From positions 88,412,001-88,476,000 of the forward strand of contig OX597815.1 in the NCBI GenBank assembly GCA_951406725.2: a stretch of DNA of 64,000 bases, written 5' to 3'. The position numbers and the translations under genes are program-made. The notes under the pieces are model-generated. The model made no database searches. It was not told the DNA's origin and saw only the letters and a list, made by a program, of their open reading frames with translations. Source of the DNA: Octopus vulgaris (lineage: Eukaryota). Positions 39,280 through 50,129 of this stretch are shown here, piece by piece. Positions within the stretch are counted from its first letter, which is position 1, and the number at the start of each line of letters is the position of its first letter.

Positions 39280-39922
39280 TCAATTATCTGAATTTTGGAT
39301 TATCTGAACAAAATCTCAAGGTCTCATGAATACTTAATTTTCTGTGCTGTGTGTAACCTGAATTTGAAAATAACACTGGTGCTTCTATTTTCTCTTTCGT
39401 CTATAATGGTTAAAAGAAATTCTAATTCTTGAAAACGTGTATAACGTTATATCAAGAAAACGATACCTACAATCAGTCCGCTAATTTGATCTCAGTCGGT
39501 CACTTTAAATTATATTAAAACAATTTTACTGCATAAAAATGACGCAATAAGATTTAAAAACACGATAAAAATCAGCAGTGTCTCTATCCTCTCTACGACT
39601 TTGTTTCAAATTCATACCTTACAATTAGTTGAGTTTGTTGCTATGGTTATGTCCATGAAAATAAAGCCAGCAGCACTGACAATCGAACAGAAGGATGAGA
39701 ATTTTAAGTATCTGGATCGTGGTGAGAAAGGTATTGAAAATCACCGAAGAATACGACCTTTTATCGAATGAACGACTTAGTATCTCTAAGCATGTTTTGT
39801 CTTCATGTAATAAAAAAGGAAGAAGCATGGCTTCTTCCTTGAGGTCAGATCAATTATTCAATCATTTTTCAGAACAAAATATTCCCTAAAGGTAACGTTT
39901 GAATAACCGAGACCTAGCTGTA
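39280..39922 (+). mobile_element. Decayed Tigger/pogo element with HTH-psq N-terminal remnant
   Basis: MKIKPAALTIEQK..LDRGEK..ITEEY resembles pogo HTH_psq. Subterminal ATTATCTGAA repeats at left; GTTTGAATAACCGAGACCTAGCTG-TA at right. Confidence 0.5.
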
Positions 39923-40606
39923 TGTCATTGCACAAATCTATATGATTAGAGATCTTTGATTACTATATTGGCAAGGCTTTCAGGGAGTGCAAGAAAATGT
40001 CAGGCTAAGCTACATATCATGGAGCCAAAATTTATGTCCTAGAAGTGTAAGCGCTTAGTAGAGAAGTATAGTCATTTACATATGAGACTCAGTCAAGTTT
40101 CTAACCGATGTATACTTACTGCTTCTCTTAGCAAATCATTTTGTAATTCATAGCTGTATTGATAATCAAAATATTTATAAAGAAAAATATTTTATCGAAA
40201 AAATGGAAAAAAGAGAAGAGGAAAATAACCCCAAATTATTTCGAGAAGTCGTTGGTAAGGATGAATTTAGATAATGATACAAATTAAATCCAAATTAAAA
40301 TACTATTTTTGCTCAAAACATGGATGGCCTGAAATAAAATTGTCAAAAATCAACAAAACAAATTTCTATAAAATCTTTATTTCTTCCAGGCATTTTCTCA
40401 CTCCGTATTGAATTTCACTGGCTTTATTATCTTAACCTTAGATTTCCTTTCTCACACTTTCTAACACTACAGCCCAACTTTTTTTGACCCTTCCCTTATC
40501 ACTCTATAGCCAATGTCACTTTTCATTATCTCTGACTCAATTACATAACACCAGTTTTCATACCGTTCCAACATTCACGCACCGCAGCTACTCCGCATCT
40601 CTCTCA

Positions 40607-40639
<33 letters not shown>

Positions 40640-40794
40640 CATAAAATGAAATCAACATGCATAAGAAAATTAATGGGAAAAAGTGAAGAATTTGGAGAAT
40701 GTGAAAGTGAGAGACAAGGGACAGGGAAGTTAGCAGCAAGGAGAGTAAGAGTGGTTTCTGAAGAAGTGAGAGGTTGAAGGTGAAAGTAGTTATT

Positions 40795-41040
40795 GCGAGA
40801 GAGAGAAAGGAGAGAGAGGGGTAGAGGGGGGAGAGAGAGGGAGGTGTGGGGATGGGGAAGAGGAGAGGGATATGGGGGGGAGAGAAAGAGAGAGGGAGAG
40901 AGAAAGATAGGGAGTGAGAGAGATGAGTGAGGGAGTGAGAGAGAGAGAAGGAGTGAGAGAGAGACAGGGAGCGAGCGAGAGAGAGAGACAGGGAGCGAGC
41001 GAGAGAGAGAGAGAGGGATTGAGAGAGAGAGGCAGAGGGA
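40795..41040. repeat. GA-rich polypurine low-complexity tract
   Basis: Direct reading. Confidence 0.9.
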
Positions 41041-41117
41041 GAAGCTGGTGTTGTAATGAAAGCAAAGTGTCTATATATTATGTACAAGCTGGAAATAGAG
41101 AAATTGAGGATAAAAGC

Positions 41118-41847
41118 ATACTGCGTTATTAGCTTTGCAAGATCCTCTCATATAAGCGCTTGGTGCATAAAAGCAAACACAGACCATAACAGACGAGAAT
41201 CGTCTATCATGAGTGCCGGAGTTCCCATATCCTGTGATGTCAATCTACTGGAAATCATCAGTGAGAGGCATCCGGTCACCACATGTTAGTGAAATCTCTC
41301 TGCTACGATAGTAGAAAGAAATCCCGTGACATGGGAATTCTGGAGTTCACGACAGACGAGTCTCGTCTATCACATTCAGTGTGTGCCTTTATGCTAATCT
41401 GCCACAATCAATGTGTGTGCTCTCTAGGCTAATAACGCAGTATTCGGTGTTCTAATATGAGATCGATGGAAATAAAGATTACCTTTTTGTTTTAATACGG
41501 CTTCCGTGGCTAATAGCTTATAACCCTGCTGGCTTTTCGCGTCATCAGTCTCTGAAAAAATGCTTATATTCTATATATTGTAGCAGCGAAATTTGACTGG
41601 CATGTGGTGGCTGGACGCCTCACACCGATAATTTCCTGTTGAATGAAATCACGTGTTAGGGGTTCCGGCATCAATAACAGACAATTATCGGCTGCTACAA
41701 TCTTTGTGGGTACTTTTGTGCACCAAACGCTGATATGAAAGGATCTTTCAAGGCCATTGACGTAGTATTCGGTTTTCTAACAAGACATCCATGTTAAGTT
41801 AGATATAAGGAATACCTTGTGAAATCAATACTGCTTCCGTCGCTAAG
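41118..41847. mobile_element. Composite palindromic MITE-like element plus an inverted, partly duplicated second copy
   Basis: ATACTGCGTTATTAGC (41118) and GCTAATAACGCAGTAT (ends 41443) bound an imperfect palindrome. 41600-41770 is an inverted diverged copy of 41118-41285, and 41430-41515 is repeated directly at 41755-41847. Confidence 0.6.
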
Positions 41848-41929
41848 AATTAATGAAAGAGTTTGTGAGGTAATAAGATAAGAGAAAACGAATGGAGGAT
41901 CGAAGAGAAAGATTAAGTATGAAACTGAA

Positions 41930-42313
41930 GAGCAGAGTGAACGAAGAGGGAGAGAGGGGAGAGAGAGTGGGAGGACAGGGAGAGAGAGGAGAGAGAGAGA
42001 GAGGACAGAGGAGGAGAGAGAGGACAGAGGAGGAGAGAGAGGACAGAGGAGGAGAGAGAGGACAGAGGAGGAGAGAGAGGACAGAGGAGGAGGAGAGAGA
42101 GAGAGAGAGAGGACAGAGAGAGATGGAAAGAGAGAGAGAGAGAGGGAGAGAGGGAGAAAAAAGGAGAAAGGGAAATGAGTGAGAGACAGAAAAATGTGAG
42201 CGAGTGAATGACCGAGGAAGGGAGAGAGAGAAAGAGGTGTGAGAGTGAATAAGAGAGAAAGCAAGAGAGAAACGTGCGAGTGAAGGAGAGAGAGATGTGA
42301 AAGCGAGTGAATG

Positions 42314-42351
<38 letters not shown>

Positions 42352-42387
42352 GTGAAAGCGAGTGAATGAGCAAGTGAGAGATGTGAA

Positions 42388-42418
<31 letters not shown>

Positions 42419-42990
42419 TGTGTAAGCGTGAAAGGGTGAGAGACGTGTAAGAGTGTGAGATGTGTAAGAGAGAGGGAGGGAGGGAGGGGGAGAGACATAT
42501 TAACAAAAGTGAGAGAGAGAGAGAGAGGGATGTGTAAGCGTTCAAGACAGAAAGTGAGAGAGAGAGAGAGAGAGAGACGTGTAAGCACGCAAGGGAGAGG
42601 GAGACGTATAACCGTGCGAGGGAGAGTAAGACAGAGACGGGTAAGCGTGCAAAGAAGAGAGAGACGTGTAAGCTGCAAGAGAGAGAGAGAGAGAGAGATG
42701 TGTAAGCGCGCATGAGAGAGAGAAAGAGAGACGTGTAAGAGCGCATGTCAGAGAGAAAGAGAGAGAGAGGAAGAAAAGAGGGAGACATGTGAGCGAGACA
42801 AAGCGAGACAAAGACATATATCAGAACTAGGTATTTATATTTACTCATTTTATTATTTGACCTCCACATTTTCTTCCCAACTTGTACATATTTGCACCCC
42901 TTGGGAGAGGAGCTGTTGTAAGCGAGAGGGAGAGAGACGTGTAAGCGAGAGAAGAGCGAGACGTGTAAACGTGCAAGAGAAGGAGAGAGA
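41930..42990. repeat. GA-rich low-complexity region including a 19-bp GAGGACAGAGGAGGAGAGA tandem repeat and scattered GACGTGTAAGCG motifs
   Basis: Direct reading; explains the long S/L-rich and R/E-rich pseudo-ORFs. Confidence 0.9.
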
Positions 42991-44390
42991 GACGTGTTCA
43001 CGCGCATGAGAGAGAGAGAGAGAGACGTGTTCGCGCGCATGAGAGAGAGAGAGACGTGTTCGCGCGCATGAGAGAGAGAGACGTGTTAGCGCACATGAGA
43101 GAGAGAGACGTGTTAGCGCACATGAGAGAGAGAGACGTGTTAGCGCACATGAGAGAGAGAGAGAGAGAGAGACGTGTTAGCGCACATGAGAGAGAGAGAG
43201 ACGTGTTAGCGCACATGAGAGAGAGAGAGAGAGACGTGTTAGCGCACATGAGAGAGAGAGAGAGTGTTAGAACACATGAGAGAGAGAGAGACGTGTTAGA
43301 GCACATGAGAGAGAAAGAGAGAGAGAGAGAGAGAGACGTGTTAGAGCACATGAGAGAGATATGTGTTAGCGCGCATCAGAGAGAGAGAGAGAGAGATGTG
43401 TTAGCGCGCATCAGAGAGAGACGCGTTAGCGAGCATGAGAGAGAGACGTGTTAGCGAGCATGAGAGAGAGACGTGTTAGTGCGCATCAGAGAGAGACGTG
43501 TTAGCGCGCATCAGAGAGAGACGTGTTAGCGCGCATCAGAGATAGACGTGTTAGCGCGCATCAGAGAGAGACGTGTTAGCGAGCATGAGAGATAGACGTG
43601 TTAGCGCGCATCAGAGAGAACGTGTTAGCGCGCATGAGAGAGAGACGTGTTAGCGAGCATGAGAGAGAGACGTGTTAGTGCGCATCAGAGAGAGACGTGT
43701 TAGCGCGCATCAGAGAGAGACGTGTTAGCGCGCATCAGAGAGAGACGTGTTAGCGCGCATGAGAGATAGACGTGTTAGCGCGCATCAGAGAGAGACGTGT
43801 TAGCGAGCATGAGAGAGAGACGTGTTAGCGCGCATCAGAGAGAGACGTGTTAGCGAGCATGAGAGAGAGACGTGTTAGCGAGCATGAGAGAGAGACGTGT
43901 TAGCGAGCATGAGAGAGAGACGTGTTAGCGAGCATGAGAGAGAGACGTGTTAGCGAGCATGAGAGAGAGACGTGTTAGCGAGCATGAGAGAGAGACGTGT
44001 TAGCGAGCATGAGAGAGAGACGTGTTAGCGAGCATGAGAGAGAGAGACGTGTTAGCGAGCATGAGAGAGAGACGTGTTAGCGAGCATGAGAGAGAGAGAC
44101 GTGTTAGCGCGCATCAGAGAGAGACGTATTAGCGAGCATGAGAGAGAGACGTGTTAGCTCTCACGAGAGAGAGACTTGTTAGCGCGCATCAGAGAGAGAC
44201 GTGTTAGCGAGCATGAGAGAGAGACGTGTTAGCGAGCATGAGAGAGAGACGTGTTAGCGCGCATGAGAGAGAGACGTGTTAGCGCGCATGAAAGAGGGAC
44301 GTGTTAGCACGCATGAGAGAGGGACTTGTTAGCGTGCATGAGAGAAAGAGAGACTTGCTAGCGCGCATGAGAGAGAGACGTGTTAGAGAG
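42990..44390. repeat. ~25-bp minisatellite (GA)nCGTGTTAGCG(A/C)GCAT, roughly 55 units
   Basis: Direct reading; 43861-43910 holds two exact 25-mers. Confidence 0.95.
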
Positions 44391-46026
44391 ACATGTAAGC
44401 ACGTATGAGGGAGACATAAAAGCGTGCATGAGAGAGAGAAAGAGAGCGAGAGAGACAGAGGTGTAAGCGCGCAAGAGAGAGAGAGAGAGAGTGAGTGAGA
44501 GACGTGTAAGCGAGAGAAAGAACTATGTCAGAAGGAGTCTTGTTTTTTCTTCTCTTGTAGTCATATCCATTCATTTTATTATTTTATACCCATTTTCTTC
44601 CACATTTTCTTTCCAACACCACATCCCATTTCCACGCGCGCACACGCTTATTTCACTCATATTCCTCAGCTTTTCTCTCACTCCACGTATAATTTTACTA
44701 TCTACATTTACTTTATACTCTGTTCTACATTACATAGACCTTGCTCTGTTTTAATTCTATGAATGCATTGTACCTCTTTGTTGAGAGAGTTTTTGTGTAG
44801 TCGTTTGACATGCTAGAAATGGCACCCAAATACCTCTCATCCACGCATCTTGAAAAGAAAAGTCACTGGTACATACATTGACCGAGAAAGCTTTGGTCAT
44901 AGGTCTGCTTGATCAAAGCTGACCTGAAGCTAAACAACAACACACACATACACACACATTAGTAACCTCACTCTCTCTAATACTCCGAGATCTCCGTCTA
45001 ACCACCATTTCCAAAATCGCCAGTCGCTTTCTCTTTCTCTAATACAATATCTACTATTTCTCTAAAGAGGGAGGGGAGAAAGGGAGAGAGAGAGAGTGAG
45101 AGAAAGAGAGAGGGAGAGAGAGAGAGAGAGAAGGAAAGAGAGGTAGGATCTGTCATCTTCTCTATCTGCTTTTATACTATTGTGAAGGCTTAATTTTTTT
45201 TTAATGCTTCATTTGAAGGCAAATCTCACTTTATAAACATTAAAATTTCTAGCTTTCTCTTCCTTTCAAAACATTTATCAATCGAAAAATCTCTGCTGAA
45301 AAATAAAAAAACTAAACAACAAACGTCAACTTTCGTATCACGCATAGTTTTAATATTTCTAAAACTAGATATTGTTCTGTTAACCAAAGATAGAGATATT
45401 ATTTTATTACTGTTCCATATCTCTTTTATCATCATTATTTCACCGAACAATACCTGTTGATCATATCCACACACGCGCGTACGTACGTACTTACACACAC
45501 ACACATACACACATACACACACACACACACTTGCAGATTGTAAATACAGTCTTCTTCAAACAACAAGCACCATCCTTTTGCTAGAAATCAACGTTTTAAG
45601 TATGAAAAAGTATAGCTTTCTAAACGAAGTGATAAACAAGTCGCTGGAATAAGAATGAAGAGAAGAGGTTTTTAATCAAAAGTTGCTATATTCTTTCAAA
45701 TCATTCAGACAACTTAAGAGTTAAAAAACCAAAAAAAAAAACCTGTCTTTCAAAACTTCTCCATAGCGATGAGCATCATACAGGTCGCACCCTTCTGTCA
45801 CTCACTACAGATAACTTCCGATAAGTTTTTTTTTTTTTTTTTTTTTGTGGTGATCAACATAAACTGGACATATTTAAGTTATATTGTAATGATCAGCTGC
45901 GTGTGGTTAAGAAACTCACGTTATAACCACGTGTTTTCGTGTTCAGTTCAACTGCGCGGCACCTTCGGCCTACTATTGCCCCGGGCTGTTCAATTAACTT
46001 GAGAGAAACTGAGTGAAAGCCTGTCG

Positions 46027-46345
46027 CATGTATGAATGTATGTATGTATCTATGTATGTATGAATGTATGTATGCTTGCATGCATGTATGTATGTATGCT
46101 AGCATGCATGTGTGTATGTATGCTAGCATACATGTGTGTATGTATGTATGCTTGCATGCATGTGTGTATGTATGCATGAATGCGTGTATGTATGTAGGCA
46201 TGAATGCATGTATGTACGTGTGTGTGCACGTGTGTGTGCACGTGCGTGTGTACGTGCGTGTGTACGTGCGTGTGTACGTGTGTATGGACGTGTGTATGCA
46301 CGTGTGTGTATATATATGTGTTTGCATGGGTGAGTGCGCATGCAT
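46027..46345. repeat. Compound alternating purine-pyrimidine microsatellite (TGTA/TGCA/CGTG)
   Basis: Direct reading. Confidence 0.9.
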
Positions 46346-46364
46346 TGTGTGCGTTGTGTGGTGG

Positions 46365-46562
46365 AATGACACCAGCAGTTATATTTTGTGTCAGAGAAAC
46401 TTTTAAAGAGACTTTTGTGTTATAAGAATACACAGCTTTGCTCAGAATGTCGGTGGATCGTTCGAGAGAGTTTCGACCTGATTTGGTCGAAGTTCTGTTT
46501 ATTTTTAACTCAAAAATCTCTGAGAAGTTTTTCTGAGAGAAAATATTACTGCTGGTGCCATT
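46365..46562. mobile_element. MITE with ~40-bp TIRs; relatives at ~39140-39235 and ~38250-38290
   Basis: AATGACACCAGCAGTTATATTTTGTGTCAGAGAAACTT and AAGTTTTTCTGAGAGAAAATATTACTGCTGGTGCCATT; reverse-complement similarity to 39142-39233. Confidence 0.65.
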
Positions 46563-47203
46563 TCACTGTTGTATAATTATATTAAATCGAACCCTCAAAT
46601 TCCACCGTGGTCGACTTTTTATCCTTTCGGAATAAATGAAATCAGTACCAGTTGAATAATCGACTAGCTCACCCCCAAAATTTCAGGCTTTGTGCTTTTA
46701 GTAGAAAGGAAGTTAATTTGAGCGAAGTATTTGACTGGTATCGTATTTCATCAAGACCGGGAGGTTGAAACAGGAAGTTGACTTTGGGTTTGAACTAGAG
46801 TTAGTGTTTAACTACTCTGTTTTGGTGATGTTGAGTACACATTTGTAGGTCACATGATCAGATCTGCTATCTGTCCTCAATAGCTAAGTATACTGAAGCA
46901 AGTAGGATTAACTAAATTGTCCAAATACTCAACGAAGAGTATTTGAAACACTTCAATACATAACCACCAAAACTATATTTTACTTGAGTCACTTGGAGCT
47001 GGATGAAACACTATTCTTGAATTTATTTTGTAGAAAAAAAAGAATCTTTTTTGGGGAAAAAACAGAGTATAGAAAAAAGTCAAGTCGGAAATTAATAAGA
47101 ATCTAATAGTCTCTATTCTTTAGAAATCAGAAAGTTGTATTCGAAAGGCAAAAGAGAGCGTTTCTGCTTCAATCGGAGAGGGGCATAGTGAAAAGAAAGT
47201 ATA

Positions 47204-47240
<37 letters not shown>

Positions 47241-48926
47241 GAGAAATAGTGTGAAAGTTCTTGCATGCATTCTCTGGAATACTTTAAAAATTGATATTTT
47301 TGAGACTACATTGTAACTTAAAATATCATGATGCTGTTAGCGGCCACCGAGAAAACAACGCTAAAACGAGTGAACGAGAAAAAACAAAAACACCTTTGCA
47401 AAAATACTTGAGGCTTTTCTTTTTAATCAAAGTAATTGTTTAAATGGTTATCAATCTTACTAACGTGAAACATGAGGAAATTACGTAATTTTCAGTAACA
47501 AAAGCATAATAGACAAACAGAAACTCAACGAAAGCAAAAAAAACTTAACAAATATACAAGCCAAAGAAAACTTCTAAATATCTTGTCTTCCTTTTGCTTT
47601 TGTTTAGAAGATGTTTTGTACTGAAATATATTATTAAATAGCTGAAACGATACAAAGTAATGATGTTCTGTGAAGAGTTGCAGTAGTAGCAGTGTGCTGA
47701 TGCTGTTTTCATCTTCACGTGGTGCTATACAAACTCTGAAACCCACGAAACGATCAAGCAGTTAATATGGAAATGTTGATGAAAAAAGTTGTGGCTTTGA
47801 GTTATAAACTTAGGTTGATATAAAGCGTGACGAGGTTGGAATGACTCCAGAGGCTATATTATATATCACCGTATTATGTAATATTACTGCACTACATCAT
47901 ACTAAACTACGTTGCGGCATTATTATGCCGATACTATTCATACTACTATTAACACCGACGTATAAAAAATATCTTTATTTTTGGATAAATGCACTTAAGA
48001 GTTTGACCTTTAGTGAGAGGTAAACATAAGTGGGTAAATTAACAAAATGAAATTCAGGAATTGAATTTATCGTGTTTATGTCTTTTCCAAAAATATTAAG
48101 CAGAAGGAAATAAAGTAAGCTACAACTAAAAACGAAACTTAAATCGCTAACTTATTTCGTCTGGAGTTTACTAACTATACTACAGCATTCCTGTTTACAC
48201 TACAACATAACACACACACACATATATACATTGCAATATCTCGAGGCAGTCACGCTTCACTAATTGATCAATCTCTTTTCCATAAGACTGTTTATAACAC
48301 TAACAACCACACCAGGGGTAGTAGTAATTTTGTAAATGTTGAACACATTTCAAATTAGAGAACTGCTACTACTCTACCAGTTTGGTTATTTTAAAGATTT
48401 ATGCTTAATGTAATTACAACATACCCGTTAGAAGAACTGTTCTTTATCACAGACATTTAATTAACTTTACCCTTCAGCATAGAAAATAACGACTCCTCTA
48501 TCATCATATTTAAAAATTTTCCATAAATTCAAAAAGAGCAGCAGTAGACATTAAACGCTATTTTTCTCTCATGAATCTACGCACATGCAGGGTTCTATTT
48601 AGGACAAACCTCTTCATTTATGCCATGTCTAGTTCATTCCTTGCCTGTCCAAACAATTTTCGTAAGTTTGTCCTAAACGTCAATGCTTTTTCAAAAAGCT
48701 TTTAGTTGGCTCTCGTTTCATACGTTCAGAGTAACATAAAACTTTCCTAAGTCTCAGGCAAAAAATTGGGAATGTTTATCGTACATGATACATGGACGCC
48801 AGGAAAATATGTCCTATGTATCACATGTGATACACAGGACAGGCAAATGGTTAAGAAACATTACTGGAAAGAAAGCCTTTTAACTAATGGTTCATATTTT
48901 GCGATAAATAAACAGGCTAGAAAGAT

Positions 48927-49181
48927 TTTTAAAAAAATGTTACTTCTCGAGACATGCCAGGCTAATAACGGCCGGTTTCCCGGTTTCAGTGGCGTAGAAA
49001 TTCCCCACCTGGACGGGACGCCGATCCGTCGCAGGATTACTCATTTTTGCCAGCTAACTGGACTGGAGCAACGTGAAATGAAGTGCTTTGCTCAAGAACA
49101 CAACACATCGCCTGGTCTAGGAATCGAAACCACAGCCTTACGATGAGTTCAACACCCTAACCACTAAGCCACGCGCCTCCA
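48927..49181 (-). mobile_element. tRNA-derived SINE with target-site duplication
   Basis: Head GGAGGCGCGTGGCTTAGTGGTTAGGGTG..GGTTTCGATTCC (A/B boxes); 10-bp TSD CTAGAAAGAT at 48917-48926 and 49182-49191. Confidence 0.85.
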
Positions 49182-50095
49182 CTAGAAAGATAAATAGAGC
49201 ATACTAAATGTTCCTAATTAGTCCGAGTTAAACTTATTTGACTGTATGTAAATTTTGTAAGAGGCTTCTAGCCTATCAAAACCGTTCAAATTAACATCAA
49301 TAAAACCTAAATCTCTCGCTGCGACAAGGCACCACCAACTTATAAACAAAATGCATTTTCAGCGAGCCAACAAGAGTAGCCTTTGTGACTGCTTGACCTA
49401 CTAGAAACTGCAGGCAAATCTCTGCATTCCACTCAATAGTTTAAAAAAATAGCATTCAATGTCAAACGATTCCTTTTCTGCCACCTTTATAGTGTGTTTC
49501 ATTTTTCCCTTGTGCAGTAAACTAAGAGAATTCGAAACTTGTGCTGAAAGTAACAATAATCACGGATCTTCTCGACCAGAATCAACTTGGGATTAAACAG
49601 CACACACCATATATGTATGGTACAATTATATATGCTGATGCGTGTATATCTATTATTCAATTACACTCTAGTGTATATATTTATGTACACACACACACAC
49701 AATATACTCAAATTCACACCACCTGCTTTGATATATACACATAACCTCGTCATAGGCTTTGTGTGCTCTCACCCCAATCATAATTTCTCACTATTATCAT
49801 CAGTCACCAAGAAAGAGAAGTAAATGATACACACGATATGCCCCTCTCAAGTGCCTTTTCATCCAACACACTGACAACACCACTGGGTTCAAATAGTGAA
49901 CTCTGTTCTCTCAATGATTATTCAAACGTAAATAATATTCCACCATAATACAATCAAATCCCCTCTCTCTGATGAGGTATCTGACGAAATATTAATATAC
50001 CTATTCTCTTTATTGACCCGACAAATTGCTAGAAAGCACGAATGATTTCATACGAATTTGGTTAAAAGTCTTTCCAATCATGCATTTAATATGAG

Positions 50096-50129
<34 letters not shown>

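Noticed and set aside
41794-43454. Long ORFs of 294, 375, 176, 132 and 117 aa
   Set aside because: They are translations of (GA)/(TC) repeats and the minisatellite, which lack stops by composition.
42990-44390. CRISPR-like repeat-spacer appearance
   Set aside because: The intervening sequence is only (GA)n, with no unique spacers, no cas genes and a eukaryotic context.
45893-46433. His/Thr- and Cys/Val-rich ORFs
   Set aside because: Microsatellite translations; the same applies to ORFs near 5.3-5.6, 12.0-12.4 and 14.2 kb.
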